Shown: piece after piece, positions 23,162 to 36,287 of the stretch
Layout of the letters: each line of letters opens with the position of its first letter
How positions within the stretch are numbered: the first letter of the stretch is position 1
NCBI GenBank assembly: GCA_943704425.1
Contig: CALSCP010002399.1
Span: 23,014 to 87,013, forward strand
Reading direction: 5' to 3'
Source of the DNA: Ministeria vibrans ATCC 50519
Lineage: Eukaryota; Protista; Filasterea
Length of the DNA: 64,000 nucleotides
Notes under the pieces: generated by a model
The model's database searches: none
What the model was told of the DNA's origin: nothing
Seen by the model: only the letters and a program-made list of their open reading frames with translations
Position numbers and translations under genes: made by a program

Positions 23162-24490
23162 TCAGAGAGGCTGCAATGGACGCGGAGGGTACAGTTCCGT
23201 CATTGGAACGTGGAACCGTCTGCCCCAATAGTATTCATTGTGCTCACCCCCTAAGCATACGTTGTCATTCATCATCATCACACACAGACATATATGATTT
23301 GCGTCGGAGATTGTACCTTTGTCAAGGTAGTAGAAAAGGTCAGTGTCGAGCGACCATCCTTTGCGTTGCATGTGATTGCGCACTGTCTGCGTCTCTACAA
23401 GGTCGTCACGCCCACTGCCTGAATCGCCGCTGTCCAGGTACACTGCAACTGACGTTCGTGCGTGTGCCACCAGCTCAGTCGTGTTAAACTAGAAAATAAA
23501 ACATTTGCTATGAGACTCATTGAGACTCATTCAGAAGCAGCGCTCGATTGTACGTCTTGATTGTTCCACCAAAAGGAGCTAGACATGCATCCGGCCCGAT
23601 CGTATGTCGTTGAGCGCACCAGAGCGGCATAGCACGATGTCAGACCGCCCAACGATGAGCCGAGAATGCCCGCGAGGCGTGTGCTGTCAACACGGAAGTC
23701 AAACTGGACTCGCGGAAGCACCGTCGACTCGAGAAAGTCCAAGTAGTGGTCCGCACCACCGCCTTGGCTGTAGTCGGGATCTTTCGAGTATGTGTACTCG
23801 TACATGCGCTAAGACAAAGAGTGCGCTGTAGTGTCAGTGTGGCACGGGAGTGCTCTCTCACCTCTCACGCACGCCTACCTCCGGTGTGTTGTCCACTCCC
23901 ACAATGATAATCTCCTCCATGGCGCCCTGGACAACAAGCGTATTGACAGTGTCCTGGCAAAGCCAGGCGATGCCTCCAAAGCTGGTCGACGTGTTGAAGA
24001 GGTTCTGGCCGTCGTGCATGACAAGCAGTGGGTAGACCTTGAAGGGATTCTCCTCGTACGACGGAGGCGTGTAGACGACCAAGTCGCGCGTGTTGCCAAG
24101 TTCCTTGGAATGGATATTGCGCACATAGGTGTAGCGGCCTTGGCGAGGCGTGAAGAAGGGCGCGAATGCGACTGTTTTATCGACAAGTGGTAGAGCTGCG
24201 ACAAACTCATTTGCGCCCACTGCCCAAGCAAGCTCGCCCGTTCGTGTCGTTCCGGTCGCCTTCATTTCAAGCCGTCGTCCGACTTCGCGTTCCCCGACGG
24301 TCAGGTTGGCCTGGAACAGACCGCTTCCGACGAGATGCAGCGGGACATCCTGCGACCAGGAGAGGCCACAGCTGTCGCCGCGCAGGCCCAGCGGACCCCC
24401 TTCACTGGGGTAGTGCACATTTACTGTGAGCGTCACACCCAATACGAGGGGGATGCATAGTAGGAGGAGGTGACCCAGAGCACGCATCAT
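23162..24490 (-). CDS. Secreted alpha/beta-hydrolase (putative esterase) with an N-terminal CBM20-like beta domain
   Basis: Signal peptide; RDLVVYTPPSY, YPLLVMHDGQNLF, nucleophile GSSLGG, YLDSG and GGEHNEYYWGRRF; 3 introns. Confidence 0.88.
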
Positions 24491-24574
24491 GAAAACAAAA
24501 CAAACTGATACAAGTTACAATATGATGAACTGAAACGCCTCAACTCATATACTCATACTCATATCCACTACTTT

Positions 24575-25851
24575 TTACTTCTTCTTCTCGGACGCTTCTG
24601 CGGCCTTGTCGGCCTCAATCTGAGCCACAACAGCCTCAATGGCGTCGTTATCCAGCAGCCTCATGGGCCCACCGCGTTCCATCACGGCAATCTCAATGTT
24701 CTTTGCGCCCGACTGGACCACCTCGAGCAGCGCACTCACCGCCAGGCGCACACACCCATCGCTCGACGCCACCCCTTCCTCACTGTAGTTCTTCTCGAGG
24801 TACTCTCGGACTGTCTTGCTGCTTCGCCCCGTCGCGTTTGCCTGTACCAAAATCACATCACACTCAGAAAACAAAAGCAGCAGAGTCACACACAGCTACC
24901 GCTGGCGTACCTTCCAAGCGGAGTATGTTCCTGACGGGTCTGTCTCGTACAGATTGGGCTTTCCGTCGTAGTCAAAGCCCACAATCAGCGTTGAAATACC
25001 AAACGGTCGTACCCCGCCACTCTGCGTGTACTTTTGTTGCACACCCGCAACGTATCGCGTAATGTACTCCACTGTAACCGGATCCTGACGGAAAGAGACG
25101 AGAAACAAAACGGGTTTGCTCTCGTTCCTTCTGCGCTCTCTCTCCCCCACTCTGGTGCTCGCATTACCTCTACCGAGAGACGGTACGACTGACACTCTGT
25201 CCTTGCCTTGTCGACGAGGACACGTGCGTCGGCGCTGAGTCCAGCAAACGCCATAAAGACATGATCGTCAACGAGACAGATTTTGCGAACGGTTCGCGAA
25301 TCGCGCAACTTTGCCATGCTACGCTTCTCAACGCCAAGCACGACGCAGTCTGCACCGCGCACGCCAACCTACGGGTTCAGGCGAGTGTTTGAGTCCGTGT
25401 GGAAATGACACACAGTGATCAAAAAAGAAGAAACAGACACATCGAGTGAGTTTTTGGCCAAAATGACAAATGACGAGCGATTCAGTGCCAAAACAAGGCT
25501 GAGACAACGCAAAAACAACCCTGCACACCCAAGCAGGGGCGGCCGTGGTCCGCGACACGGCAGAAGCGAGTGCGTTTTGCAGATGAGTGAAGGAAATAAG
25601 AAAAAAAAAATCACGAACAAACGAAAAGATTTTTTTTTTTCTTTTCTCGTTGGTCAAAAAGAGCATTGGCGTCTCACCGCAGTCGTTCCCTTCCGTACAG
25701 CCTCAATTGCATACTCGACCTAGCACCAGGGGCAGAGGGGTGAGTGATGGTGTGAGAGAGAAAGAGAGTTCGAGTTGATGTGAGACAATACCTGAAACAA
25801 GTGCCCGTCGGGCGAGAACACTGTGATGGCACGATCGTATCCTGCACTCAT
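24575..25851 (-). CDS. PSMA7: Proteasome 20S alpha-4 subunit (alpha type-7)
   Basis: [65 protein letters not shown]. Confidence 0.97.
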
Positions 25852-25973
25852 GGTGGTCTGCTGATACAAAATGAAATACTTTGAATAGATTTGAGATTTC
25901 TTAATCTTTGATTTTTAATCGAGTGATCGGTCTAAAATAAACAATAATTTTTTATTACTGTTATTATTATCTG

Positions 25974-27076
25974 ATGAGGTGGCCCTCCCTCATTGTAATT
26001 GGCGTGCTATGCGCCATTGCACCTTTATGTCTTGCTGAGGAAGAACCAGTTGTGTCAGAGACGGTAAAAAAAAAAAAAAAACGCTGCCACGAAATCTCAT
26101 GGGCCAATCTCACGCGCTGGCAACAAGCGACGGCTTCTTTTGAGAGATGCCAGACGATTTCGACGCTGGAAGTTGTGTGATTTCGTTGGGTTGTTAGTCA
26201 AAACTTGTTGAAACGTGTTTTTGAATATCGCGTCCAACTCGCCCCGCTTGCGCTGTAGACCCGTATGGAAGACGCCGACCCGACTGGAATCCTTGCGTAC
26301 GCTGCAAAGGCCACCAGCAAGAAGTTTGTCCACGGCTTTGTGGCGAGCTTTGCGGTGATTCTCGTGAGGTAGGACGGACGGAAGGGGACGCACGACGCGA
26401 GCTGATGGGGTGTTGTGTCTGCCGTAGCGAGATTGGCGATAAAACCTTCTTCATTGCTGCCATTATGGCCATGACGATGCCCCGGTTTACGGTGTTTGTC
26501 GGGGCGTTGGGTGCGCTTGCGGTGATGACTGTAATGTCGTCTTTTATGGGATTTGTGACGACGATTGTGCCGCGCTGGGTGACGTACTACACGGCAACGG
26601 GACTGCTGGGGATATTCGGTGTGCGCATGCTGCGAGAAGGCTGGTACATGTCGGAGGCGGAGGGCCAGGAGGAGATGGACGAGGTGACGCAGGAGCTCAA
26701 GGCGAAGCAGGAGGAGCTTGAGGCACGCAAGCCGGGCGATGTGGAGGCGGGCAGTGGCAGTGGGGACTCGGCCAAGACGCCCGCGTCGTTTCTTGGACGA
26801 TTTCTGTCGCCGATTTTTATTCAGGCGTTTGTATTGACGTTTCTGGCAGAGTGGGGCGACCGGTCGCAGGTGGCAACGATCATTCTGGCGGCTCGCGAAG
26901 ACCCTGTCGGCGTGACGGTGGGGGGTGTGCTGGGGCACGCCATCTGCACGGGAGGTGCTGTGCTGGGCGGGCGTCTGCTGGCCCAGCGCATCTCGGTGCG
27001 CACTGTGACTCTCGTGGGTGGCGTCGTCTTCATCCTCTTCTGCATTGTGGGTCTGCTCAGAGACCCCAACGAGTAA
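25974..27076 (+). CDS. TMEM165: Golgi Ca2+/Mn2+ antiporter GDT1/TMEM165 (UPF0016)
   Basis: Signal peptide and the twin motifs SEIGDKTFF and AEWGDRSQ. Confidence 0.95.
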
Positions 27077-27260
27077 CGAGGGAGAGAGAGACTCTCTTAG
27101 TGTGTGTTTGTATCTTCTACTTGCAGCAAAACGAAAGTGGGTTGTGTGTTTAAGTTACAGACTGGAGTATGTATGTATGTGTATGTATGCATGTATGTAT
27201 GTATGTGTGTGTGTGTGTGTGTGGGTGTAGTGTAGTGTAGTGTAGTGTGTGTGTATGTGT

Positions 27261-28811
27261 TTAGCGCAGTCGTCCGGGCCCAATGAGCGCATCAAAGCCC
27301 CACAGCTCGACAATAATGCACTCAAACTCAGGCGATCCACTCAACTGCGGATTGTCAAAGGTCTCACAGGGATACGACGCACCGAAGCGCAGATTGGGAT
27401 CAATCCACAAGCCAAAGTGGCCCGTTGTAGTACCACCGCCAAAGGCAAGCGCCTCCTTGCCCTCCTCGCTCGCCTGCAGAAAGTCATTGTTGCCTACGTC
27501 ACATTCAGAGGATAAGCAATGTGTGTGTGTGAGTGTATGTGTATCATGTGTGTATGTGTGCCTGTCCAGGGGTAAATGTGCGTTTCGGGCGCAAGTGAAA
27601 ACAGGAAGGCCTCGCCTGTGCCGTAGAAGCGGGTCTCCATAGTCTTGCGCCACGGGTGCATGGCAAAACCCCCAAAAATCTACAGTTTGGGTGGTGAGGT
27701 GAGTCTCTGTGCGCTGTTGTGCGTGTGAGTTGAAAGAGGGAGGGAGAGGGAGAGGGAAGGAGAGCAGCAGGTCGGTACGTGGTCTTTGCGGTCGCGCACA
27801 ACTGCGACAGAGGGGCCATTGTATGCTTTGAAGTTGCGGTGGAGAGTGTTGAGCGACAGGCCGTGTTTGTCCGAGCTGTAGATCAGAATCCAGTTCTAAA
27901 AGGTCATTAGAAGGGAACGGAATGAATTCGGTTGGCTGGGGTGTACTTTGTCGCTGAGTGCGCGAGGGAGACTTTTGGCAATGGCTCGCATATGGTCGAC
28001 AGTCAGCAATTTTGACGAGTGTTTCATGCGGATGAGCTCCCATGGCTTCTTTGCAAGCGCTGCCTCCGATTCACTAAGGTCACTTGATCCCTCGTCGTCG
28101 TCGTCGTTGTCGTCGTTGTTGTTGTTGTCGTCGTCGTCGTCGTCGGCGTCCCCCTTGTCGGCGGCGGCGTCGTTCTCACCGTCTGCAGCGTTGTCTGTTT
28201 GTGCCTTGGCCTCCTCTGCCAAGTCAGTCGCTTTGCTGTTGCCTACAGCGTCTTCTTCTCTCAGAGCCGCATCGACAACGCGAGCGTCCACTTGCACATC
28301 AGTCTTGCTGAATGACGACTAAGCAACTGGAATGAGAGGAAAACGAGAGAGAGAGAAGAGAAACACCACAAAAAAAAAAAACGCAGAAAAAAGTCGCACC
28401 AAACCGTCCCATTGCTTTTTCCCTCTCTCTCTCTCTCTCTCCTTCTCTTCCCTCCCCCTCTGCGCTCCCACGCTTCGCAAGCTTACTGATAATCTCTTTA
28501 AGGAGGCGGCGGCGGCGGACGTGGGCGAGGGGCTCTCTGTGGGCGTCGCGATGATGTGGTCGCCGGTGACAGACGGGAGCATCGACTTGACGCCCGTGTA
28601 GAGGCCCCCGATGAACGCCGAGAAGGTGGCAGGGTATTCGGGGGTCTGCGGACCATTGCTGGCGGTCCCTAGAGGCGCGCAAGAAGCGGGGAGAGAGCGT
28701 GAGAGAGCAATACAGCCGATTATATTGTCTACCCGCTTCCGTGGACGTTTGACGGGGCTCCTCTGAGCTCTCAGCCTTCTCTGCTGTTGAAGGTGCTTGT
28801 AATTTGCTCAT
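27261..28811 (-). CDS. TLDc-domain protein (OXR1/NCOA7-like)
   Basis: WILIYSSDKHGLSLNTL, IFGGF, FYGTGEAFLF, LAFGGG, FGLWID, CETFDNPQL, VELWGF. Confidence 0.9.
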
Positions 28812-28953
28812 GACAACAATTCTATTGCAAAATGTGATGTGTGATGACTGATGACTGATGTGATATGATATGATAATTATGTTTATATCTTTTTCATGTC
28901 ATCGAATCGAATGATCGAAAGAGTGAAACTCATTTTTTTTTTGCCTCTTCGGT

Positions 28954-30677
28954 ATGGCCTCTGGAAGTCCTGTCGTGGAGCCACTAGAGCACTCTCTTTT
29001 GAGGGTACCCTATGAATCGTTAAATAGAACCTTTCGCGCGACCCAAAAGCTCCTTGAAAAGGTAGTCGATTTTCTGGTCTTCAGGCGGAGCTGTCTCGCC
29101 CTTTGTTGACTCCAGTGTGTGCAGGAGATCTCGCTTGTGCTGACTTCGCTGAAGCAAGCTTCGTCGGGGCGTGAGGGCGAAGGAAATCGCGACGAAGTTC
29201 TGGCGAGTGTTGCGGGGCGTCTTGCGATGCTGAAGCGACGTCTACGCGACGCATGCAGCGAGGAGGAGAAGTGGATTCGGGTGTGTCGGCAGCGCCTGGA
29301 CCACCTGGACGACGGGCATGTCGCGAGCAACGCCCAGCGGTGGTCTCAGCAGCGTCTCAACCGCTATGTTGTCGACCACATTCTGCGCCAGGGCCATCAC
29401 GTGACGGCGCAGCGCCTTGCCCAGGAGACCAACGTCACGGAGATGGTTGATTTTGACGTGTTTGAGCGCGCACACGCTGTGCAGGTGCGGAGGGAGAGGA
29501 AAATGTGAACTTCCGCTCGTCACTCTCTGATGTTTTCTGCTTCTTTTTTGTATTCTTAGGAGTCTTTGCGTCGACGTGAATTTGATGTTGCTTTTCAATG
29601 GTGCAACCTACAAAAGAGTCGACTAAAGAAATTAAACAGTCCGCTTGAGTTTGAGCTGCGAGTGCAAGAATTTGTTGAATTGTGTCGAGTGCGCGACACA
29701 GCGAAAGCCATTAAGTAAGAAACTCCACAGAAGATGTCATGAGGGTACTTTGGCGTCAACGGTCAAGCAATGCGTAGATATTCCCGAGTGCACTTTGCAG
29801 GGAGTGTGGTGGAGGAGCGGATGGGGGAGATTGAGAAGGCAATGGCACTGCTTGCGTTTGGGCCGGAGACACAGTGCGATCGGTATCAGGCGTACTATTC
29901 GGATGCGCGGTGGGACTCGCTTCTGTCGCTTTTTGCTCTGGTACGGGCGCGCACGAGAGTGATTGCGATACTTGATGTGTACTGATTACTCTCTTTCTCT
30001 AAATTGCTTTTTCTTTTCTTTTTTTGTCTTTGTCTGTGTGTATTTGTGTATATATATATATATTATGTGTGTGTGTGTGTGTAGGAGAACTTTCGTGTTC
30101 ATTCGATTGTACCTCAATCTGCGCTAAGTATGACCCTTCAGGCTGGTCTCTCTGCTCTTAAAACACCGTAAGCACCACACAGTCAGCGTCTTTCTTATCG
30201 TGTTTTCCTTAGAATGTGCTATGATCGGGACAAGAGCAGTGCAAATTGTCCCGTGTGCACTCCTCTCCTCAATCAAATGGCCCTCACTCTGCCCTTCTCT
30301 CAGCGCGGTCAGTCTTGTCTTGTGTGCCAGTACGCCAAACAATCGAGTCCCTTTAAATGTGTGTCTATGCGTGTTGATACTAATCGCTGTATGTATGGGT
30401 TTAAATTCTATTATGTGTGTGTAGGATATCGGGTGATATTATGAACGAGGACAATCCACCAATGGTTCTTCCCAACGGCTACGCGTACGGTAAAAAGGTA
30501 CACTTTACCAAGTCAAGTTGTTTTGTGCGTATGCGTGTGTATGTGTGTTTTGACTGTGTGTGGGGCACTGTGTAGGCGCTTGAGGCAATGGGGCGCGAGT
30601 GTGGTGGGCGCATTACGTGTCCCCGGACCAAAGAGGTGTTCCGACTGCGCGACGCAAAGAAAGTGTTTGTCATGTGA
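28954..30677 (+). CDS. MAEA: CTLH/GID E3 ligase subunit MAEA/Gid9
   Basis: [18 protein letters not shown]; Lis[15 protein letters not shown]; [14 protein letters not shown]; [11 protein letters not shown]; [13 protein letters not shown]; CPRTKEVF...KVFVM. Confidence 0.95.
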
Positions 30678-30712
30678 TGCGATACAGTTTATTTGTGTGT
30701 GTGTGTGTGTGT

Positions 30713-31706
30713 TTAGACAGATGTGTCGTGTTGACGAGAGTGAGACCAGTCGAAATCAGGCCAGAATGCACTGGGATCACACTCGGCAGGCGAGTCTGAG
30801 TCCTTTCCAATGTCGACTTGGCTAAGTTGCGGGTCAAAGTAGCGCAGATCGACAGTCGAGTGTGATTGCGGGACGAACGGAGGAGGAAGCAAACCAGACT
30901 CGACTGTGGACCAAAAGCGAATGATGTTGGATGCGTTGCGAACGAAGAAGCTGGGAAGGGAGGAAGAAACTGTGAGTGGGCGGGCGAGAGGAGAGCGTAA
31001 AAGCGTGTGGCTTACGGGTGGTACATGAGCACTTCCATGGTGGGCCGTGCCGAAGGGTCCTTGTCGAGTAGGGCAAGGAGGAGTGTGCGTGTGTCCTCGT
31101 CGGCAGATGCCGTGGGCGGCAGTTGAGGCATCGCTGTGCTGATGAGACGGAATGTTGCGCTGACGGTGTGCCCCTGAGCAATAAAGAGGGAGAGTGGAGG
31201 AGGGAGAAGAAACGTTGAGGAGTGACATGGACATGTGAGAAGCTTTTGAGAAGAGCTGCGTTACTTGAAATGGCATTCGTCCATACGCCATTTCGTAGAG
31301 ACACACTCCCAAGGCCCAGAAGTCAACAGGAAAACCATACGGTTGCTAGAGAGATAGAGAAAGAGAGAGAGAGAGAGGAGGCGGAGAATAAACAGAAGAC
31401 AAACAGCATGGCGACATAGTGAAACGCGTACTCCGTGGACCATTTCGGGAGCCATTGCAGTGGGAGTACCACAAAGGCTGTTGGTGTGACTGTCTGAGTC
31501 CATTTGCAGTTTCACCATTGCAAAGTCAGTCAGTCGGATGTGACCCGACCTGTCAATGAGCACATTCTCAAGCCGGAGATCACGGTAGAGTATTGAGTGT
31601 GCGTGAAGATGGTCAAGTGCCACTGCAATCTAAAAGAGAGAGAGAAAGGAGGGGGAAAGCAACAAAGTGATAGAGAGAGAGAGACAGAAACAAGGCGCAC
31701 GCGCGC

Positions 31707-31739
<33 letters not shown>

Positions 31740-33009
31740 TTGAGTGCGTGGTAGTAAGAAATAATGACATGGTACTTCAGCAGTGTAGAAGCGACACTCG
31801 TCAGGCGAGAGTGCTCCTACAGTCTGGACACGACGGAAAAGGTCTCCTCCGCAGTAAAACTACGGTTTTATAAAGAGATGGTGAGATGGATGTGAGATGG
31901 CATATATGTCAATACTAATATCATTCTGTCTTTTATCATCTACGTACTGTCATTGCAAAGTAAATATGGTCCGTGGTTTGGAAGATGGACTGAAGTTCTG
32001 CAATAAAGGTGTGTCGGGCCTTCTAAGGAGAAAAGTAGAGGTGTGTGAGCTATTGAGAGTGAGTGTATAAGTCACTGGGAAGTCACTGGTACTGAGGGTA
32101 AATTGAATGAGTGTACGTGAATTATTGAGTGAATGACAGTGAGTGAGTGGATGGGCCGGGTCTGACCTGAAGAACTTGGCGTTCTGCGTTGAGCCAGTGG
32201 AGAGTGTCCTTTTTGTCCGTTCCATTTTTCTAAGGCGCGTGTATAATAGCATCACACGATTACGACAGGAAAATAATGTCTGTACCTTTTCTATACGTTT
32301 AAGGGCAATGAGGCGGCCCGACTGGACATTTTGACAGAGAAATATGTGAGCAAAGGAGCCACGTCCAATAAGATGAAGAAAGGAAAAATGGTCGAGAGCG
32401 CAGGGGAGGTGGGAGAGGGACGGCGGGGAGGAGGGGGCAAAGGGCGGAGCAGGGTGGATGGCGGAGAGGGCGGAGGGAGAGGAGCGCAAAAGGGAGGAGC
32501 GCATGCCGGTGTGAGGGTTGATGGGAAGGGAGACAGAAGGGCGGAGAGGCGGATGTGAGGATTTGGAAGGAAGGGGGCGGTGCTCGAAGACGGACTGAAT
32601 ACGTGTGGAGGCGGACGGGCCAAAGAGAGACAGGCACTGGTCGGTGTCGGGAAGGGACGGGTTAATGTTGGTCAAGATAAGGTCGACGGGTGTTGAGTGA
32701 CTGCGCTGAAGGACGCGCGTAGCTGGAGGGGCCGTTGGCGGAGTCGTGGAAGTGGTTGTGGTAAGAACTCGGAGTGCTTTGGCGGGGGCAGGAAGGCGGT
32801 AGAAGGAGCACTCTTGGGGCACCAGAGCCTCGCACGTGGGGTGGACGAGAAGGGCGCACGTCGCGCACTTGCTCTTGATGCGGGTGCTGATACGGTGTCC
32901 GCAGTGCATGCAGTGTCGTCGGCCCATCATGTGCCGCGGAGTGAACGTGTGAGGCACACTGACTGGCGTGTCTTTGGCGGGACTGAAAGAGATAAAGAGA
33001 GTTTGAGAG

Positions 33010-33058
<49 letters not shown>

Positions 33059-34318
33059 AAGAGAAAGAAAGAAAGGCCAGAGTAATGAAACAAGCAAGGT
33101 GATATGTATAATAAATTTCAATTGTTATGTTATCGAGAGAGATGAGTATGATATAATAATAAGGGTTCGCGATTGCTTACGCTTTGGCACAAACGGACCA
33201 GAGCTGCTCAATACAGGCGTTGTGGACGGCCATGCGGCAGGCAACACACGCATGGTATGTCCTGCGCAGGCCCCAGATGGTGCGCTTGCAGTGTGCGCAC
33301 AGCAGCACGCGCGTCAGTCCGCTTAGGCGATGCTCCGTGAACGTGTGCCCCAGCACGACGCGTGCTTGTGTGCGCTGCCCCGCTGCGCTGCTCGTGCTCT
33401 TTCGTCCGGGTGCATTCGTCATTGGGTGTTTTCCGCTGGCGTTGTGTGCTAATGTTTGATTCCTGTCCAAGAGAGTGAGGAGAAGAAGAGAAAGAAAAAC
33501 AAGTGTGTGTGAGAGAGAAAGAGAGTCGATCTACAGAGAGCGGCTACAATGCCGGAGCCGGGGCGGGGGCACCTTGAGACTGAGGCTGCACTGGCGCCTG
33601 CCGCAGCAGTGTTGGCGACCCAGCGAGAGGCAAGGAAGCTGTCGTTGAAAATGTGCAGTTCAAGGTCGCAAGCAAAGGCTTCCGGTGCGCGACCGAGCGT
33701 GATTGGCAGCGGCTGTGCGCTTGGCGACGACCCAAATGTCGACAGCAGCGTCGTTGAGGCGGCTGGATGCTGTTGCTCCATGGCCTGCTGTCGTCTGGTC
33801 TGCTGTTGGACGGCAAGCGCCTCGTCGAGCTCCGCGTCGGAAGCGATGGCACACACATCCTCTACACACCACAGTTTGCGTTACATTGCGCCTTCTTTGA
33901 TTTGGACAGAGGCGCATGGGAGTCCACGTACGCTCCGGATCGACCCATTTGATGTAGACAGTGTCGGATTCCGCAAAGCCAAAGAGGGTGTGAATTTCTT
34001 CACGCAGTCGTTCGATTTTCGTTTGCCTCCTGTTCCGCCCTCGCCGCAAAGTAAGCGATTCGGCGCGTCTGGAGGGCCAGAGAAATAAATAGAAAGAAGT
34101 GTGTGAGAGTCAGCAGGGGAGACGGCAGCGAGGGAGACGGGCAGGGGACGTCGAAAGAGACGCGGAACATAGCGACGGTCCAGTGACAGTTTGTGACGTG
34201 AATACCCGTGGAATATTAACAGGAGGTTGACGGGAGTATACTCATCGTCGACGACCACAGAGAGTGGTGCAGCCAATCGAGACGCCGGTGTTGTTTTCTG
34301 TTGCGTGCTTTGCGCCAT
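30713..34318 (-). CDS. Atypical PKC-like AGC kinase (PB1 + two C1 + kinase)
   Basis: PB1 IKWVDPE..DVCAIASDAELDEAL; two C1 fingers; IGRGSFAH; YRDLRLENVL; TDFAMVK; CGTPTAMAPE; VDFWALGVCLYEM; acidic hydrophobic motif FWPDFDW. Confidence 0.88.
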
Positions 34319-34577
34319 GCAAGTTAAGTCAATTATTTTGAATTATTTTTGAATAGCTTTGATTGTGATTGATTTTTCTTTTGTGTAATTGCCGCGCAAA
34401 GTTACCAATTTAGACAATCAGACAAATTGCAGATTCAAGAATACTCGAGATCGGCACATATGACGCCTAACAAGAAGGAGCTAGTTGACATTTTTTTTTT
34501 TAAATTTTCGCTTGAATGAAAAGAATAAAGATCAAAACAATTAACAAATTTTTTTTCACTCTCTCTACAGTCCGAAA

Positions 34578-34697
34578 ATGATTACCGACGTGCAACTCAT
34601 GACGACAGCAAACTTGCTGGGCGTCGTCATCTTTATCATGATCGTGTTCTACCACTACGTGGCGGGGCAACAGGAGAAGGAGAGCAAGAAGGAGTAG
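34578..34697 (+). CDS. OST4: Oligosaccharyltransferase subunit 4 (39 aa, below the ORF-track cutoff)
   Basis: MITDVQLMTTANLLGVVIFIMIVFYHYVAGQQEKESKKE matches the OST4 consensus MITDVQL...AN.LG.....L.V.YHYV. Confidence 0.95.
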   Translation: MITDVQLMTTANLLGVVIFIMIVFYHYVAGQQEKESKKE

Positions 34698-35659
34698 AGC
34701 CCACTCGTAAGCGCATTCCCTGCCCGTCCGCCGCCCTGCGACTCCCCGCCACCGCCCACGGCTGGCACCACCCTGCCCCCTGCGCGCCCCGCCCTGTCCC
34801 AATTCGCCTGCAGTTCTTCTGCTCGCGTGGCTGTTGAAAATAGTCTCAGCGCCTATGAAAAAAAAAAAAAAGGAAAAAAGAGGAAAAAAACAGAAAATCG
34901 GATTGGGATTGGGGTCAGGTGGGCCCGGAATCGGAACGAGTGTGTGCCACCGGTCCCTGGCGATGCGTTGGAGTGCGTCTGGGCGGCGTGTGTGGCTTGC
35001 TACAGTGATCTTTCGGCTCTCAACCGCTTTTGCGATTCATTAAACACCACAAAGGGCGCCCTCCCCCGCCTCGCTGGGGCTGGCTGCTGTGGATCACGCG
35101 CGTGATCTCCCGATGCTCTTTCCTTTTCTTTCGCGGCGCATCAAATGTCTCTCTCTCTCTCTCTTTCTTTGTCTGACTGTCTCTTGCTATTTTCGCATAG
35201 GGAACCGTCCAAGTCATGCCAGAATCCTCACCGCCTCGTCAACCTCTCTCCGTTTGTACAATGAAAGCAACAACTGTTTCTTCTCAGCGAGCTTTCCAGA
35301 AATCAATCAGATATAGAGGAATGGCGAAACAGTGCATGGCAGAGCAGCAAGTGCACGGCACACCCCTGACGAGTGACGGCCCTGCCGTGCATGCGGACGG
35401 GCTTGCTAGAGCAACGTCAGAGAGGCAGTGCACAAGGGACGGAGGCTTGCGGTGCGCTCTCGTGACAGTGCGCAGGAGGGGAGGGAGGGGGGAAGGGGTT
35501 ACTCTGTGCAGGGGTGTCTCAGTGGCAAAGCAGTCTCGAAGAGACATTATAAAGTTCGCAATGGAATTGAAAACGAGAACAGATGTATACAAATAGGCGA
35601 ACGGTGATGGTGGAGGAAGGGAGGGGGCTATGTTTCAGGGAGAGAGCGCGTCGGCGCGA

Positions 35660-36091
35660 CTACTCTTTGCCGCCCTTTTCGTCAATGCGCGAAATGAAAT
35701 CCTTTGTCTTGGACTCCAAGTCGTTGATTTGCGTCGTGACGTTGCTGAAGTACTTGTGGTAGAGGCCCGCAACATTCGGCACGCCCTGGTATGTCTAGCA
35801 GCAGCACAAAGAACACGCGAGAGGACGAGGGAATGAGGTCAGGCGCGAGAAAAGTCCCCACAATGAGACATGGGTCGACTTCCCACGTCAAAAAAGGGTT
35901 TTAGGACGCACCTGTTGCACGTAGATGCCGCCAATGACGCCCACAATGACTCCGAGCACCGCACGCTTGTTGACGGTGGCAAAAACGATGCCGGCGGCGA
36001 AGGAGGCGAGCGAGAAGGAGTTGAGCCAGCGCGGGAGAGCCGGCGGCAGCGGCAGAGTCGCTTTGTTGTTGCTGTCTGTGTTCTCATGCAT
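35660..36091 (-). CDS. Small membrane protein, STMP1-like
   Basis: Spliced VLGVIVGVIGGIYVQQ|TYQGVPNVAG resembles the STMP1 motif G...G.Y.AQNY.IPN.A. Confidence 0.6.
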
Positions 36092-36287
36092 GGTATATGG
36101 GATAGGAGAGAAAGAGAACGAAAGAGGGAGATCGAGTAATAATAAAATTTAGTGACTTGAGTGATTGAGTTGTAGTTTTTGTCATATTCATCACGATTAT
36201 CTTTCTTTCCCTCCCACACGGCACACTACAGCTCCAGACAGGCAACTCTTCCACTCTTTTTTATTATTATTATTACGTTTGCCGCAT

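Noticed and set aside
34540-34580. Spliced-leader trans-splicing suggested by pyrimidine tract + AG just before ATGs (OST4, STAM, ELOVL)
   Set aside because: Not consistent across genes and equally explained by 5'-UTR introns or TSS composition; needs 5'-end data.
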